64,000 nucleotides of DNA from a virus, in the IMG/VR virus record IMGVR_UViG_3300027741_000025, positions 64,001 to 128,000 of that record; one strand, given 5' to 3'. Shown here piece after piece: positions 40,696 to 52,500 of the stretch. The translations under genes were made by a program, and so were the position numbers. Each line of letters opens with the position of its first letter. Position 1 is the first letter of the stretch. A model generated the notes under the pieces. It did not search any database. It worked only from the letters and a program-made list of their open reading frames with translations, and was not told the DNA's origin.

Positions 40696-41276
40696 CAGTA
40701 TTTACCTTTATCATGCGTTCCAAGAGATTTCATTCTGTGTGATCTGCAGCTCCAATAACCAGGAGTTGTTCTGTCTGTCTTTTCTGAGCATTTGTGTCTT
40801 GCAGCAAAGCTTTTTCTTCTTGCGGTATTGCTGGCTCTTATCTTCATATTAGGATCACCAAAACGAACTTTCTTAACTTTGCCTGAAGATGATTTTACGT
40901 AAACAGCAAACTTTTTCTTTTCTCCTGGTGTTCTGAACGGCTTTCCTGTTGTTACATTTTTGCCTTGATACTCAGCCTCGTTTATTTCTTCTTTCTCTAA
41001 AAATGGAGCATCTAAATAAACTGTTTGACCCTCGTATTCTGCTGTTTCTCCCAAATCACTTTCGAGCAGGTCTGCGTCTTCATCACAAACTTCAAGAAGA
41101 TTATTTTTATACAAGAGTCTGGATTCTTTTATTAGCAAAAAATAAGACTCACTGTAAGTTCTAAAGACATTATCAGAAAGTCTAATGTCATTGTCTATGT
41201 GATACTTTAGATTTTCACTAATTTTTTGATTACCCAATACAACCAAATTGGCTTTATAATAATTTTTGAAGTGCAT
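40692..41276 (-). CDS. Conserved large-phage protein with basic C-terminal domain
   Basis: AEYQGKNV...KKFAVYVK...VKKVRFGDP...RRKSFAARHKC...GYWSC motif common in T4-like aquatic phages. Confidence 0.65.
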   Translation of the reverse strand: MHFKNYYKANLVVLGNQKISENLKYHIDNDIRLSDNVFRTYSESYFLLIKESRLLYKNNLLEVCDEDADLLESDLGETAEYEGQTVYLDAPFLEKEEINEAEYQGKNVTTGKPFRTPGEKKKFAVYVKSSSGKVKKVRFGDPNMKIRASNTARRKSFAARHKCSEKTDRTTPGYWSCRSHRMKSLGTHDKGKYW

Positions 41277-41308
41277 GATAATTATTTATGCCTATGATAT
41301 ATAAAAAT

Positions 41309-42151
41309 ATGGATAATTTTAAGAATTTCATACTTAGCGAAATGCCTATTTCCAAGTTTCAACTACTAGGGCAATGGGGACCGGACGCAAAAAGAAAGTA
41401 TGGATATAGTGCTCAAGACACAGGAATATTAGAAAATCCCAAAGCTGTGGAGAAGATCCATAAGCATTGGAGCAACAGTAAGAATAATTTCGACTTGTAT
41501 TTTTTAAGAAATTATGCCGGAACGAAACATAGGGAAAAAGGTGAGGTTAAGTCATTATGGGTTTTAAATAATTTAGGAATAGATATTAAACCAAATGAAG
41601 ATGCAATAACGGTAATTTTTACCACCAATACTGGTGATGAAAAAATTCCTATGACATCCTGGGCGATTGGTCACAGGTTGGGACACGCCATCAGAATGGA
41701 TCATGTTTTTGAAAATTACTTTAGAAAAGAAATAAACAAAGACTTTGAAGAAATATTAAAGTATGTGTATGGTCTTGATATTAACAATAGAGATTTTTAT
41801 TATCAGAACGATTATTTTTCTAAATATGAAAAAAATATGAAAGCTATTTTTCTCGCAGTTGGAAAGATGAAAAGTGCAAGAGAAAATATTCTTAGGAATA
41901 GCAACGAATTCATATATGAGTTGGTGGCTCAATATATCATAACAGGAAAAATAACATTTAATGATCTGCCTAGGTCTTTAATCTTGTCGAGACAAGTTGC
42001 TTGGGGTAGACCTAACTATAGAACAAAAAATTATACCGACGAGACAGCATTTAGGGAATATAACGAAATGCTGCATAACAATGCTTTGAAATACGAGGAT
42101 TATCTTGACACTGTATTCAACGGATTAGAAGGTAAGATATTTGTTATGTAA
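41309..42151 (+). CDS. Hypothetical protein with capsid-targeting-like N-terminus and HxxxH motif
   Basis: Start moved to MDNFKNFILSE (TATATA 5 nt upstream); WAIGHRLGHA...EFIYELVAQY. Confidence 0.65.
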   Translation: MDNFKNFILSEMPISKFQLLGQWGPDAKRKYGYSAQDTGILENPKAVEKIHKHWSNSKNNFDLYFLRNYAGTKHREKGEVKSLWVLNNLGIDIKPNEDAITVIFTTNTGDEKIPMTSWAIGHRLGHAIRMDHVFENYFRKEINKDFEEILKYVYGLDINNRDFYYQNDYFSKYEKNMKAIFLAVGKMKSARENILRNSNEFIYELVAQYIITGKITFNDLPRSLILSRQVAWGRPNYRTKNYTDETAFREYNEMLHNNALKYEDYLDTVFNGLEGKIFVM

Positions 42152-42198
42152 AATGATACATAATATAGAAGAACAATCACTTAATTCAAGGAGGATTT

Positions 42199-42417
42199 GT
42201 GAAAAAAAAAGCAAAAAAAATAATAGAAAATAGATTTTTTTTAATCTTAGCAAGAACAATAGATCACAGAATTGGAAAAACAGATGAAGATCATCCTTCA
42301 ATTCCAATTCTTACTGTAAAAGAAGCGTTGATTAGCTTCTTCATAAGATTCATAATATTATTTGTAAACTTTGTAACTTGTGCTTTTGTAATAGCAAATA
42401 TAATCCATCACTGGTAG
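42199..42417 (+). CDS. Small membrane protein
   Basis: GGAGG SD before GTG; hydrophobic C-terminus ending IIHHW. Confidence 0.6.
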   Translation: MKKKAKKIIENRFFLILARTIDHRIGKTDEDHPSIPILTVKEALISFFIRFIILFVNFVTCAFVIANIIHHW

Positions 42418-42831
42418 TTAGTATTTGTAACCCCTTACAACTTCTTCTTTTTTAATATTTGCTTTTTTAAAGAATTTTAAACTGGATTTTGTGTGAGGAC
42501 ATACTTTAATGCCTTCGCAGTTCATTTTTTTTGAAATATCCCTAGCCTTATTTAGTATTTTTGTTCCGTAGCCTTTTCTTCTAAATTTAGTCTTAACGTA
42601 AATGTAAGTTCTTATATTTTTACTATTCTTAGAAAGAAAATAATCGAGCATTGCCCATCCTATTAATTCTTTTTCATCGAAAAGAGCTACTGCAATATAA
42701 TTGTCTTCTTTTCTTTTTTTGCTTAAAATAACAGCCTCCCTCATATAATCTTCGCCCAAAGGGGTTGCTGCTACGAATATTCTTCTTAGTTTGGGCGAGC
42801 ACTTTTTAACATCTCGAATTATCCATTTCAT
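42418..42831 (-). CDS. GNAT acetyltransferase
   Basis: YVKTKFRRKGYGTKIL motif A; SLKFFKK. Confidence 0.8.
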   Translation of the reverse strand: MKWIIRDVKKCSPKLRRIFVAATPLGEDYMREAVILSKKRKEDNYIAVALFDEKELIGWAMLDYFLSKNSKNIRTYIYVKTKFRRKGYGTKILNKARDISKKMNCEGIKVCPHTKSSLKFFKKANIKKEEVVRGYKY

Positions 42832-43238
42832 TTTATATTCCTTTTTTCAAGATGTCTTTTTATTTTTATCCTATCTTTCTTTTCAAGCAAGTCTCTGTCC
42901 ATCTCCCAATGATGATTTTTACAAAGTGCAATTAAATTTTTAATATCATTTATTTCACTTATTAAAATATCACCAGTGAATGAACATATGTCTTTTATGT
43001 GACAAACATCAAAGTGCTTAAAATAACCGCAAACAACGCAATCCTTAGAAAGACCGCTTGCCAAGTATTTTCGCCTGGCGTCTTCTCTGATTCTGTTTCC
43101 CCTGCTCTCTGATCTTTTTTTATTCTGAGTTGCTTCTGTTTTTTGTTTTATTCTAAAACACATTTTGCAATATGTGTATTTTGAAGCAATTGGATCAGAG
43201 CAAGTTTTACAGACTTTTTTTGATTTTATTTTCGGCAT
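42828..43238 (-). CDS. HNH endonuclease
   Basis: CVVCG...DVCHIK...NLIALCKNHH. Confidence 0.8.
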   Translation of the reverse strand: MPKIKSKKVCKTCSDPIASKYTYCKMCFRIKQKTEATQNKKRSESRGNRIREDARRKYLASGLSKDCVVCGYFKHFDVCHIKDICSFTGDILISEINDIKNLIALCKNHHWEMDRDLLEKKDRIKIKRHLEKRNIK

Positions 43239-43306
43239 AAAGATAGTTTATTCGAAAACAATTTTTGATTCAATATATATTATAGGTTCTCAAGGAGGAG
43301 AAAATT

Positions 43307-43390
43307 ATGAAAAAAACTAAGAATGTTTTTGCAAAATTTATTTATATAAGCAACAAAAAAACTAAAAAGAAAAAGAAACCGAATAGTTGA
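43307..43390 (+). CDS. 27-aa Lys-rich micropeptide (not in ORF track)
   Basis: AAGGAGGAG SD 6 nt before ATG; MKKTKNVFAKFIYISNKKTKKKKKPNS*. Confidence 0.45.
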   Translation: MKKTKNVFAKFIYISNKKTKKKKKPNS

Positions 43391-43411
43391 TGTTTTGGCT
43401 ATATATTCTGT

Positions 43412-46400
43412 ATGACATCAACAACTCCAATATCCGGTAATTTATTCGTTTGTGGGTATAATCGTACCCACCAACTTGGATTGCCCGATATTTGGAGCTC
43501 CTACTTTAGTTTATTAAAAACCAGTTCTGATCGATGGATAGATGCTGCTGCAGGCGGAACATATTCGATTGCAATCCAAGAAGATGGCACTCTATGGGGA
43601 ACCGGTGGTCTCCCAGGATACTCTGGGACGATTGGATTGGGAAGAACAACAACTGAAAGCTTTACCTTAATCAACACAAAAAAATGGGTTAGTGTGGCTG
43701 CCGGTGTAAACCACACTATTGCTATACATGATGATGGAACACTGTGGGGCACCGGCACTAATGTTAACGGTCAACTTGGCTTGGGAAACACTAATAATGT
43801 TGATGAATTTACAAAAATAAGTAGCGACTCATGGATAGGTGCTGCTTGTGGCGCCACACACACACTTGCTATACGCAGTGACGGAACATTGTGGGTAGCA
43901 GGAGTGGGTTTTGACGGTCAGCTTGGGCTTGGTAACAGTGTTTCTACAACCTTTGGATCATTTGTGCAAATAGGAACAAGCAAGTGGAAAAGTGTGACTG
44001 CAAATTATATGAGGACAGTTGCAATACGCAGTGATGGTACTTTGTGGATCACCGGAGCCGGATTCTCATCAAGGTCATATGACTTTATACAAATCAGTGA
44101 AAATACATGGGATAAAGTTCGTTGTAGCCTAGCTGTAAATCGTGTCGGGTGCGTTTTTGCAATTCGTACCGATGGAACATTGTGGTGTTTTGGAGAAGGC
44201 GGAACTCTAGGTCTGGGTGATTACAACCGCCGCGACTCATTGACGCAAGTTGGTAATAACACATGGAAAGATGTTAGTTGCCACAACAGTCACACCATGG
44301 CAATCAGAAGCGATGGAACACTATGGGCTACAGGAAATAGTTCGAACGGCAAGCTTGGTGCCGGGAGCGTATCTTTAAACCAATATTTAACTTTTATACA
44401 AGTGGGAACTTATCTTGATAATTATTGGTCAAAAGTAGTTACTGGTCCAAATCACACATTGGCGATTTCTCAACTGCCGCCGGCTCCAACACCTCCACCA
44501 ACACCTGAGCCTGATACAGGAACTCCAAAAAATGGTTATTTATTTTCTGTGGGTTTTAGCCGCACAAGCAAATCAATAACTAGTCCGTTTTCAGGACTAG
44601 GTAAAGATACAAACCAGTCTTATCTTTCGCAAATTGGAGCGGATGAGTGGGTAAGCATTTCTAGCGGTTTTGGACACACAGCAGCTATAAAAGCAGACCG
44701 AACACTTTGGACAACTGGTTATAATGAATTTGGACAATTGGGTCTTGGAGATAAAATAAACAGATCTTCTTTTGTTCAAGTTAGCGCAGAATCTTGGTTG
44801 AAAGTGGCGACAGGAAACGCAGCAACATTTGCAATAAGGAATGATGGGACGCTTTGGGCAACTGGCGACAACCGAAATTTTCAACTTGGACTTGGCGATA
44901 ATGAAAATAGGAAGAGTCTTACACAAGTCGGAACAGATTCTTGGGTTGATGTTTCATCTGGCGATGGTCATACAATTGCTATTAAAAGTGATGGAACGCT
45001 TTGGGGGGCAGGATGGAACCAAATGGGGGAATTAAGTCTCACCGACGCAGATGGCAATCCAAAATTATTTTTTCACGCAAGAGTTATGACTAAAATTGGC
45101 AATCAAACATGGAATTATATTTCAGCTGGTGGTAGGTTCATCATAGCAATCAGAAGCGATGGAACATTGTGGGGATCAGGAGCCAATTCTTCAGGACAGC
45201 TTGGGCTTGGATTTAAAGATTTTAGTAAGACGACTTTAACTCAAATCGACAACGGAGTTTGGTCGAAGGTAGCTGCGGGTTTTTACAACACCTTTGCTAT
45301 AAAAAACGATGGAACTCTATGGTGTGCTGGGGGTAATACATTTGGGCAACTCGGACTTGGCGATAAAACAGATCGTGCTCGTTTAACTAAAATTGGAGTT
45401 GATTATTGGAGAGAAGTATATAATTACTGGGTAAACACCTTCGCCATCAAAGCAAATAAAACTCTTTGGATTTCCGGAGACAATAGGCTGGATGCTGACG
45501 GCGACCCTTACGGACTAATTCTAAATGGTGTAGATCGATCTTCTTTCAACCAAGTTGGAGTTGGCTGGACGAAGGTTTCTGGGAACAATAGGTGCATGTT
45601 GGCATTAAAAGAAAACATACCAACACCAACTCCAACTAATACACCGGGACCAACAGCCACACCAACTGCAACAAAATTTAAGATAACACCTACACCAACA
45701 ACTACGCCCACCAAGACACCCGGACCAACAGCTACACCGACCGCTACAGCTACACCAACAAAGACACTTGGACCAACAGCTACACCAACAAAGACACTTG
45801 GACCAACAGCAACACCAACAAAGACACTTGGACCAACAGCTACACCAACAAAGACACTTGGACCAACTCCAACTCCTACTGTTAAAAATATTTCAAAAAC
45901 TGCTCCTCCAACAAGAATTATATTTAAAAATTACACACAATTAGAATGGTATGATTCCAATCCCATATTAGCTGTTGGAGAAGCTGGTTATGAAAATGAT
46001 GCTGGCGGTTTGAAATTTGGCGATGGAGCTAATCGTTGGAGAGAACTTCCTTACAGTTGCCAAAGAGGTGGATGTGTGGTTTCGACGCCAACTAACACTG
46101 CTACACCAACAGCTACACCAACAATAACAGCTACACCAACAATAACAGCTACACCAACAATAACAGCTACACCAACAATAACAGCTACACCAACAATAAC
46201 AGCTACACCAACAATAACAGCTACACCAACACTAACTGCTACACCAACACTAACTGCTACACCAACACTAACACCAACACCAACACTAACTGCTACACCA
46301 ACACTAACTGCTACACCAACACTAACTGCTACAGCCGCAAACGAATACTACTGTGTTAGGTTTAGAACAACACAAACACCTACACTAACCAATACGGCTA

Positions 46401-47290
46401 CTCCTACACCAACTAATACGGCTATAATAACTTCTACGCCTGCAATAACTTCTACGCCTGCAATAACTTCTACGCCTGCAATAACTTCTACTCCAGCACC
46501 AACTCCTGGACCACATGCTGCTGATTTTATAGTAATAAATTATAATTATCCATCTGAGCTAGATTTAAAAACTGATACAATTATCGATTATCCTGATGAA
46601 ATTGGAAGAATAACTGCAGGTTCTTGTCGTATTATATTTGGAGAACCGGATATTAAAAGAGGGCAAATGATCTGGGGTGGGGCACCTGATGATGGAATTG
46701 ATTCTTATCTTATAAATGTTAATAGCATATTTGTCCCCAGTTATACTACATTTACTTTATGTGTTTTCGCTAGGGCATTTTGGTACGCTAATCCGGATCC
46801 CGAAGGATCTTTGATCAGAATAGAACTAACTGCTTATAAGGGTGGAGAAATGAGTAAAGAAGGAACTCATTGGATAAATACTGGCGGAGAAATAATTTCA
46901 AGTGAAGATAAGACATATAAAGTTGACGGACCAGAACAACCCACATGTGATGGTGATTTCCAAAACTTAGTGCATATTAAATATCACGATAATGGTTTTG
47001 GTGCAGGTGCTGGCGTTGCTGACTGGATGGATCCAAAGGATCCACTTAAAACTTGCTATCCTCCTTGTTCCGGGACTTGTACTTATCACTGCGACACAGA
47101 TAATGGAGGAACTTGGCGTCTTTTAAATAGTAATTGTTCTCCTATCAGCTATTGTGATTGTCATCCAACATTAGTGCCTGAATGGGTAACAGAATGCGAT
47201 AATGGATATTGCGAAGCAGGGTACCATGATCTTTGTTATATACCATGTAGTGATGAGTTTGGTGGGCATAGTCCTTGGACAAAACCATAA
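43412..47290 (+). CDS. Modular fibre-like protein: two RCC1/BLIP-II propellers, T/P stalks, internal Mtd_N, ADFIV module, Cys-rich tail
   Basis: Many AI+.DGTLW.TG.N..GQLGLG repeats; [25 protein letters not shown] at ~45940. Confidence 0.85.
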   Translation: MTSTTPISGNLFVCGYNRTHQLGLPDIWSSYFSLLKTSSDRWIDAAAGGTYSIAIQEDGTLWGTGGLPGYSGTIGLGRTTTESFTLINTKKWVSVAAGVNHTIAIHDDGTLWGTGTNVNGQLGLGNTNNVDEFTKISSDSWIGAACGATHTLAIRSDGTLWVAGVGFDGQLGLGNSVSTTFGSFVQIGTSKWKSVTANYMRTVAIRSDGTLWITGAGFSSRSYDFIQISENTWDKVRCSLAVNRVGCVFAIRTDGTLWCFGEGGTLGLGDYNRRDSLTQVGNNTWKDVSCHNSHTMAIRSDGTLWATGNSSNGKLGAGSVSLNQYLTFIQVGTYLDNYWSKVVTGPNHTLAISQLPPAPTPPPTPEPDTGTPKNGYLFSVGFSRTSKSITSPFSGLGKDTNQSYLSQIGADEWVSISSGFGHTAAIKADRTLWTTGYNEFGQLGLGDKINRSSFVQVSAESWLKVATGNAATFAIRNDGTLWATGDNRNFQLGLGDNENRKSLTQVGTDSWVDVSSGDGHTIAIKSDGTLWGAGWNQMGELSLTDADGNPKLFFHARVMTKIGNQTWNYISAGGRFIIAIRSDGTLWGSGANSSGQLGLGFKDFSKTTLTQIDNGVWSKVAAGFYNTFAIKNDGTLWCAGGNTFGQLGLGDKTDRARLTKIGVDYWREVYNYWVNTFAIKANKTLWISGDNRLDADGDPYGLILNGVDRSSFNQVGVGWTKVSGNNRCMLALKENIPTPTPTNTPGPTATPTATKFKITPTPTTTPTKTPGPTATPTATATPTKTLGPTATPTKTLGPTATPTKTLGPTATPTKTLGPTPTPTVKNISKTAPPTRIIFKNYTQLEWYDSNPILAVGEAGYENDAGGLKFGDGANRWRELPYSCQRGGCVVSTPTNTATPTATPTITATPTITATPTITATPTITATPTITATPTITATPTLTATPTLTATPTLTPTPTLTATPTLTATPTLTATAANEYYCVRFRTTQTPTLTNTATPTPTNTAIITSTPAITSTPAITSTPAITSTPAPTPGPHAADFIVINYNYPSELDLKTDTIIDYPDEIGRITAGSCRIIFGEPDIKRGQMIWGGAPDDGIDSYLINVNSIFVPSYTTFTLCVFARAFWYANPDPEGSLIRIELTAYKGGEMSKEGTHWINTGGEIISSEDKTYKVDGPEQPTCDGDFQNLVHIKYHDNGFGAGAGVADWMDPKDPLKTCYPPCSGTCTYHCDTDNGGTWRLLNSNCSPISYCDCHPTLVPEWVTECDNGYCEAGYHDLCYIPCSDEFGGHSPWTKP
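45620..46510 (+). repeat. In-frame T/P repeat blocks (30-bp [10 protein letters not shown], 18-bp [12 protein letters not shown], 18-bp AITSTP) flanking the internal Mtd_N
   Basis: Read directly from the sequence. Confidence 0.9.
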
Positions 47291-47388
47291 TTATTATCAC
47301 TGACGCCAGACACTGTGTCTAGGGATGAACATTACTTATTATTTTATTCTACACGAGTATATAATCTTTAGCTAAACATAGAGGGAAA

Positions 47389-49338
47389 ATGATGTCAGAA
47401 AGTTTTTGCATACCATCAAATGATTTTGATCCCAACATACACGAATTGATCGCCAAGCATTCAAATTCTCAAGATTGCAATGCAGGTTGCGGAGCCACAC
47501 CAACACCAACTGCAACAGCTGTACCTACTAATACTACCACACCAACTAATACTGCCACACCAACTAATACTGCCACACCAACTAATACTGCCACACCAAC
47601 TAATACTGCCACACCAACTAATACTGCCACACCAACACCAACTAATACTGCTACACCAACAGCTACACCAACTAATACTGCCACAACAACACTAACTGCT
47701 ACACCAACACCAACTAATACTGCTACGCCAACAGCTACACCAACTAATACTGCCACAACAACACTAACTGCTACACCAACACCAACTAATACTGCTACGC
47801 CAACAGCTACACCAACTAATACTGCCACAACAACACTAACTGCTACACCAACAGCTACACCAACACCAACTAATACTGCTACGCCAACAGCTACACCAAC
47901 ACCAACTAATACTGCTACGCCAACAGCTACACCAACCAATACTGCCACAACAACACTAACTGCTACACCTACTAAGACACCTGGATCAACAGCCACACCA
48001 AACTGTCCAGGCAGTAATTTGATACTAAATGGAGATTTTGAATTTGATGTCCCTCAATCTGATGGTGGTACCGCCCAACATTGGAATGTGCACAATGTGG
48101 ACGTAACATCAATAGAGCTAACGGGACCTAATAAAAATGTATGGATAGATTTAAATTCTTGCTCTCTAGGTTATATCGAACAGTCTTTTTCTACTATAAT
48201 TGGAGAGAGCTATGTAGTAAATTTTAATATGGCGGCTAATAATCGATGCACCCCTTCTAATCCTTGCGAAGAAGGAAGGCAAGATAATACACAATACAGA
48301 AAAGAATTTTTTGTTAATTTTGCAAATACCTACTGGGTCCTGGTGTTTGATATGACCGATACACCAAATTTAATTCCAGGTAGACAATACGATTATGCTG
48401 GGATGGGATGGATTCCACAATCCATGGTATTTACCGCAATAGATAATATTACAACTTTAAGATTTGTAAGCAATTGCACAAATTGTGGCTGCTTTGGTCC
48501 AGCAGTAGATTGCATTCAAGTTTGTGGTATTCCAGGACCAACCATGACACCAACACCTACTAATACATCAACTCCTACCGCCACACCCACTAAGACACCA
48601 ACGCCCACACCAACTCAATGCCCATGCCCAGGATTTCCAGCATTTGATGGATCTTCATCTACAAGTGGAACATATTACAAAACATGCACCATAGTTGACA
48701 ATGATACTTGTTCGCCAAATGGTAATAGAGTAGTAAGTTTTGTATGCGAACAAGGACAATCTGGAGTAGTAACTGCTGGCACAGGAAGCTATGTTGGTGA
48801 TGTGGGACAAATTATATCTGTTCCCTCTTCTTGGTTGCAATCAAATCCTCTAAATACTGCGACATGGAATTCTGCAACATATGATGGTAATTGCGGAAAT
48901 TCACTTGGAGATAAAATTTATTACGAACTTAGTGATTCTGTAATTGGTGTTTGCCCAACAGCTACGCCAACACCCACCAAGACACCAACAGCAACACCAA
49001 CACCAACACCTACACCAACTAAGACAGCAACACCCACACCAACTAAGACACCTACAGCTACACCGACAGCCACACCAACAGCTACACCGACAGCTACGCC
49101 GCCGCGAACAGCCACACCAACAGCAACACCAACAGCTACACCAACAGCTACACCACCGCCAACAGCCACACTAATGACAAGTACAGTTTGCTATGATGAC
49201 GAGTGCAGGTCGGCGTGCGAAGTTAATTACTATGATGGTTCTTGTTACCATGAAGGCTTCTGTGGACCATCCGGTGCCACCAAGGTAACATTTACACTTG
49301 GCGGACTTCTAACAGATTGTTGCTGCGCCACCACTTAA
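47389..49338 (+). CDS. Modular T/P-stalk protein with DUF642-like carbohydrate-binding domain and Cys-rich C-terminal modules
   Basis: NLILNGDFE...WIDLN...[15 protein letters not shown]...TTLRF...GPAVD; long TNTATP repeats. Confidence 0.75.
   Translation: MMSESFCIPSNDFDPNIHELIAKHSNSQDCNAGCGATPTPTATAVPTNTTTPTNTATPTNTATPTNTATPTNTATPTNTATPTPTNTATPTATPTNTATTTLTATPTPTNTATPTATPTNTATTTLTATPTPTNTATPTATPTNTATTTLTATPTATPTPTNTATPTATPTPTNTATPTATPTNTATTTLTATPTKTPGSTATPNCPGSNLILNGDFEFDVPQSDGGTAQHWNVHNVDVTSIELTGPNKNVWIDLNSCSLGYIEQSFSTIIGESYVVNFNMAANNRCTPSNPCEEGRQDNTQYRKEFFVNFANTYWVLVFDMTDTPNLIPGRQYDYAGMGWIPQSMVFTAIDNITTLRFVSNCTNCGCFGPAVDCIQVCGIPGPTMTPTPTNTSTPTATPTKTPTPTPTQCPCPGFPAFDGSSSTSGTYYKTCTIVDNDTCSPNGNRVVSFVCEQGQSGVVTAGTGSYVGDVGQIISVPSSWLQSNPLNTATWNSATYDGNCGNSLGDKIYYELSDSVIGVCPTATPTPTKTPTATPTPTPTPTKTATPTPTKTPTATPTATPTATPTATPPRTATPTATPTATPTATPPPTATLMTSTVCYDDECRSACEVNYYDGSCYHEGFCGPSGATKVTFTLGGLLTDCCCATT
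49151..49338. repeat. Inverted repeat, left arm (188 bp)
   Basis: Reverse complement of 49398-49585; one mismatch in the first 105 nt. Confidence 0.95.
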
Positions 49339-49397
49339 ATTATTATCAAATTCAATACTATATAAATTGTTAATGGATCCCATTTTTTTTATGTTTT

Positions 49398-49585
49398 TTA
49401 ATATGTGGCGCAGCAACAATCTGTTAGAAGTCCTCCAAGTGTAAATGTTACTTTAATAACGCCGGAGCCGCTGCAGGAGACTTCATGGTAACAAGAACCA
49501 TCATAGTAATTAACTTCGCACGCCGACTTGCACTCGTCATCATAGCAAACTGTACTTGTCATTAGTGTGGCTGTTGGCGGTGGTG
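49398..49585. repeat. Inverted repeat, right arm (188 bp)
   Basis: Reverse complement of 49151-49338. Confidence 0.95.
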
Positions 49586-52500
49586 TATTAGTCGGTATAG
49601 CAGTTGGTGTAGCAGTTGGTGTCTTAGCAGGCGTGGCAGCAGGAGTCTTAGTTAGCGTTGGTGTTGGTGTTGGAGTAAATGTTGGTGTTGGAGTAAATGT
49701 TGGTGTTGGTGTTGGTGTTGGTGTTGGTGTCTTAGTTAGTGTGGATGTTGGCGTGGATGTTGGTGTGGATGTTGGTGTGGATGTAGCTGTTGGTGTTGGT
49801 GTTTTGGTAAGTGTTGGAGTTGGTGTCTTGGTAGGTGTGGCTGTTGGTCCTGGTGTAGCTGTTGGGCAAGGCCCACCAACTACCGGATTGCTGAGCGACC
49901 AATAAACTTTATCTCCAAGTGCATTTCCACAACTACCGTCATATGTTGCAGAATTCCACGTTGCAGTATTTAGTGGGTTTGATGTTACCCAGGAAGAAGG
50001 AACAGATATTGTTTGACCTACAAGTCCGTTATAGCTTCCTGTGCCAGCAGTGACTGATCCCAATTGTCCTTGTCCACACACATAACTTATTGTAATGGTG
50101 CCATTCGGCGTACAAAGATCATTATCAATTATAGTGCATGTCTTGTAGTATGTTCCACTTGTAGATGAAGATCCATCAAATGCCGAAAATCCTGGGCATA
50201 CACATCCAGTAGCTGTTGGTGTTGGAGTTTCTGGTCCTGGTGTGGCTGTTGGAGTAGCTGTTGGCGGGGGCGTAACTGTTGGTGTTGGTGTTATTGCACC
50301 TCCACAGCAAAAAGTTATTCCGTCTATTTCATTTGCCAAATTTCCTCTTCCTAAGCAGACATTGGTATCTGAGAGGACTATGTATTCAGTCACATCTGTG
50401 TGGCAGCGACTTATTGGAGGACCAATTAAACACTTTAATTTAGATGCCATTGTCACACAATTTTGCTCAGACGGTATTAAATTAAGCCCAGCTATAGTTT
50501 CTTCTGGTATTGTCACCACTTGTACAGACAAAATTGCGCCGCAGTCCGGAACACAACAATAATCGGCTTCACAAGAATATGGAGATGTTGCAACAATGTT
50601 AGGCGCATCTCCAAAAGAATTTAGATTTATTTCTTCTACAAAAATTTCTTTAGATTCATCCCATGTGCCACCAACTAAGCCTCCAACATAAAAATCATAT
50701 TTTGCCAAATCACATGCATGACAAGCAGAAAAAACAAACTTCAAATTACTAATGCATCCTGGTGTGGACGTTGGTCCAGGTGTTAGTGTTGGAGTAGCTG
50801 TTGGTTCAAGTGTTTCCGTAGGGGTGGCTGTTAGTGTTGGGGTAGCTGTTGGTCCAGGTGTTTCCGTAGGGGTGACTGTTAGTGTTGGAGTTGGAGTTGG
50901 TCCAAGTGTAACTGTGGCTGTTGGAGTTGGAGTTGGAGTTGGAGTCTTGGTTGGTGTAGCTGTTGGCGTCTTAGTTGGTGTGGGTGTAGATGTAGGTGTT
51001 GCTGTTGGTGTAGCAGTTAGTGTTGGTGTTGGTGTAGCAGTTAGTGTTGGTGTTGGTGTAGCTGTTAGTGTTGGTGTAGCTGTTAGTGTTGGTGTAGGCG
51101 TTGGAGTTGGGGTGGCTGGATTTGGCTCACACCAAACTTGACAAGTACAACTGCTTGTGCAGTGCTTAGATGAGTCATAAGATAGATTAGGACATCTGCA
51201 TCCTGGATTGCAGCCATCTTTATCTACTGTATACACATCATCTATATCCCAATAATAATCACACACTCCACACGGACCTGTGGTTGGTGTAGGCGTTGGT
51301 GTTGGAGTAACATAATATCCCATACAAAACTCATTGCTGTAGCACAAATATTTTGGCAAAATTGTGGCAGTTGGAGCTGGGGTGGTGGTGGGAGTAGCAG
51401 TTGGGGTTGGTGTTGGCAGTAATGGACAATAGGTAATAGAAGAATAATAATAACCGCTATTATCTAGTACATATATGTCATTTGGTCTTAAATAAAGTCT
51501 GCCTGCGCCTGGACTTCCTGTGTAACTTGAACCTACTGAAAAAGGAGATCCAGATCCTATTCTTCCAATAAGTTTCATATGACACTCAGAAGGCATTGGA
51601 GAAACACCGCCAAAGTTAAAACATCTAAGACCTATAGGGGTAGTATCTCTATCTATTCCATCTGGATCTGCTATATCTCCGGCTTCGTCCCAAACTGCTG
51701 TTCCTGTAGAAGATATTGCTATCGTACATTCGGGGAGTACATCCACACCAGTATCTTGCCAATCTCTGGCACAATCCACAGTGAAGTTTGTTGTTATTGT
51801 CCCAATATCCATTTTTTCAAAATTAATATAAGAAACAGGGGGAATAATGCTCGAAGAAAGTTTATTTTCAATGTTTTCACATACCAATTCAGATTCGGAA
51901 ACTGACAAAGAAGCCGGATTAGGAACTATCAATTGTGTCTCAGAGTCAAGATCTACAGATATAATTTTACAACTACCATTTGCCCATTTCCACATATCAT
52001 AACCCTTGGTTGGATCCATACCAAATCTTTTACTTGGTGGAAAAGTAGCATTCAATCCAGGCTCCCACTCCTTGGTCATGTCATCTAAAATTGTGTGAAT
52101 TCCATCTGCTTTTAGCCCTGTGTTTATACCTACGGTATAGTATTTATTCCATATCAGAGCAGGACCTATTACATCCAGAACAACTGTGCCCGTAAAGTTT
52201 TTTCCAGAATAAATAGTGAGTCTTGAACCAGAATATATGGCAATTGAGTCAAATGTTGTGTTGGCAGCATGATTAAAAGCTAAATTATTATCAGGATATT
52301 CTCCTATAGAAACATAATCATCTGCATCCAATTTACAATTTGTAGTATGATCATCAGCAAATTGAGGTCTTTCGTACCAGGTGCATAAAATATGATCGTT
52401 AAACAATGCCCCAGTAAAGTGAACATCTCTTGCCCCCAATTCAGGCTTAGGTGTCGGAGGTATTACTATGCACTTTTGAGGACAAGCCATTCTAAAACAA

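Noticed and set aside
42828-43238. Intron-encoded homing endonuclease
   Set aside because: Free-standing gene overlapping a GNAT ORF; no interrupted host gene or intron structure seen.
49151-49585. Diversity-generating retroelement TR/VR pair (suggested by the Mtd_N domains and a near-identical repeat with a variable patch)
   Set aside because: Mismatches are not adenine-specific in either copy, both copies are coding gene ends in inverted orientation, and no reverse transcriptase is in the window.
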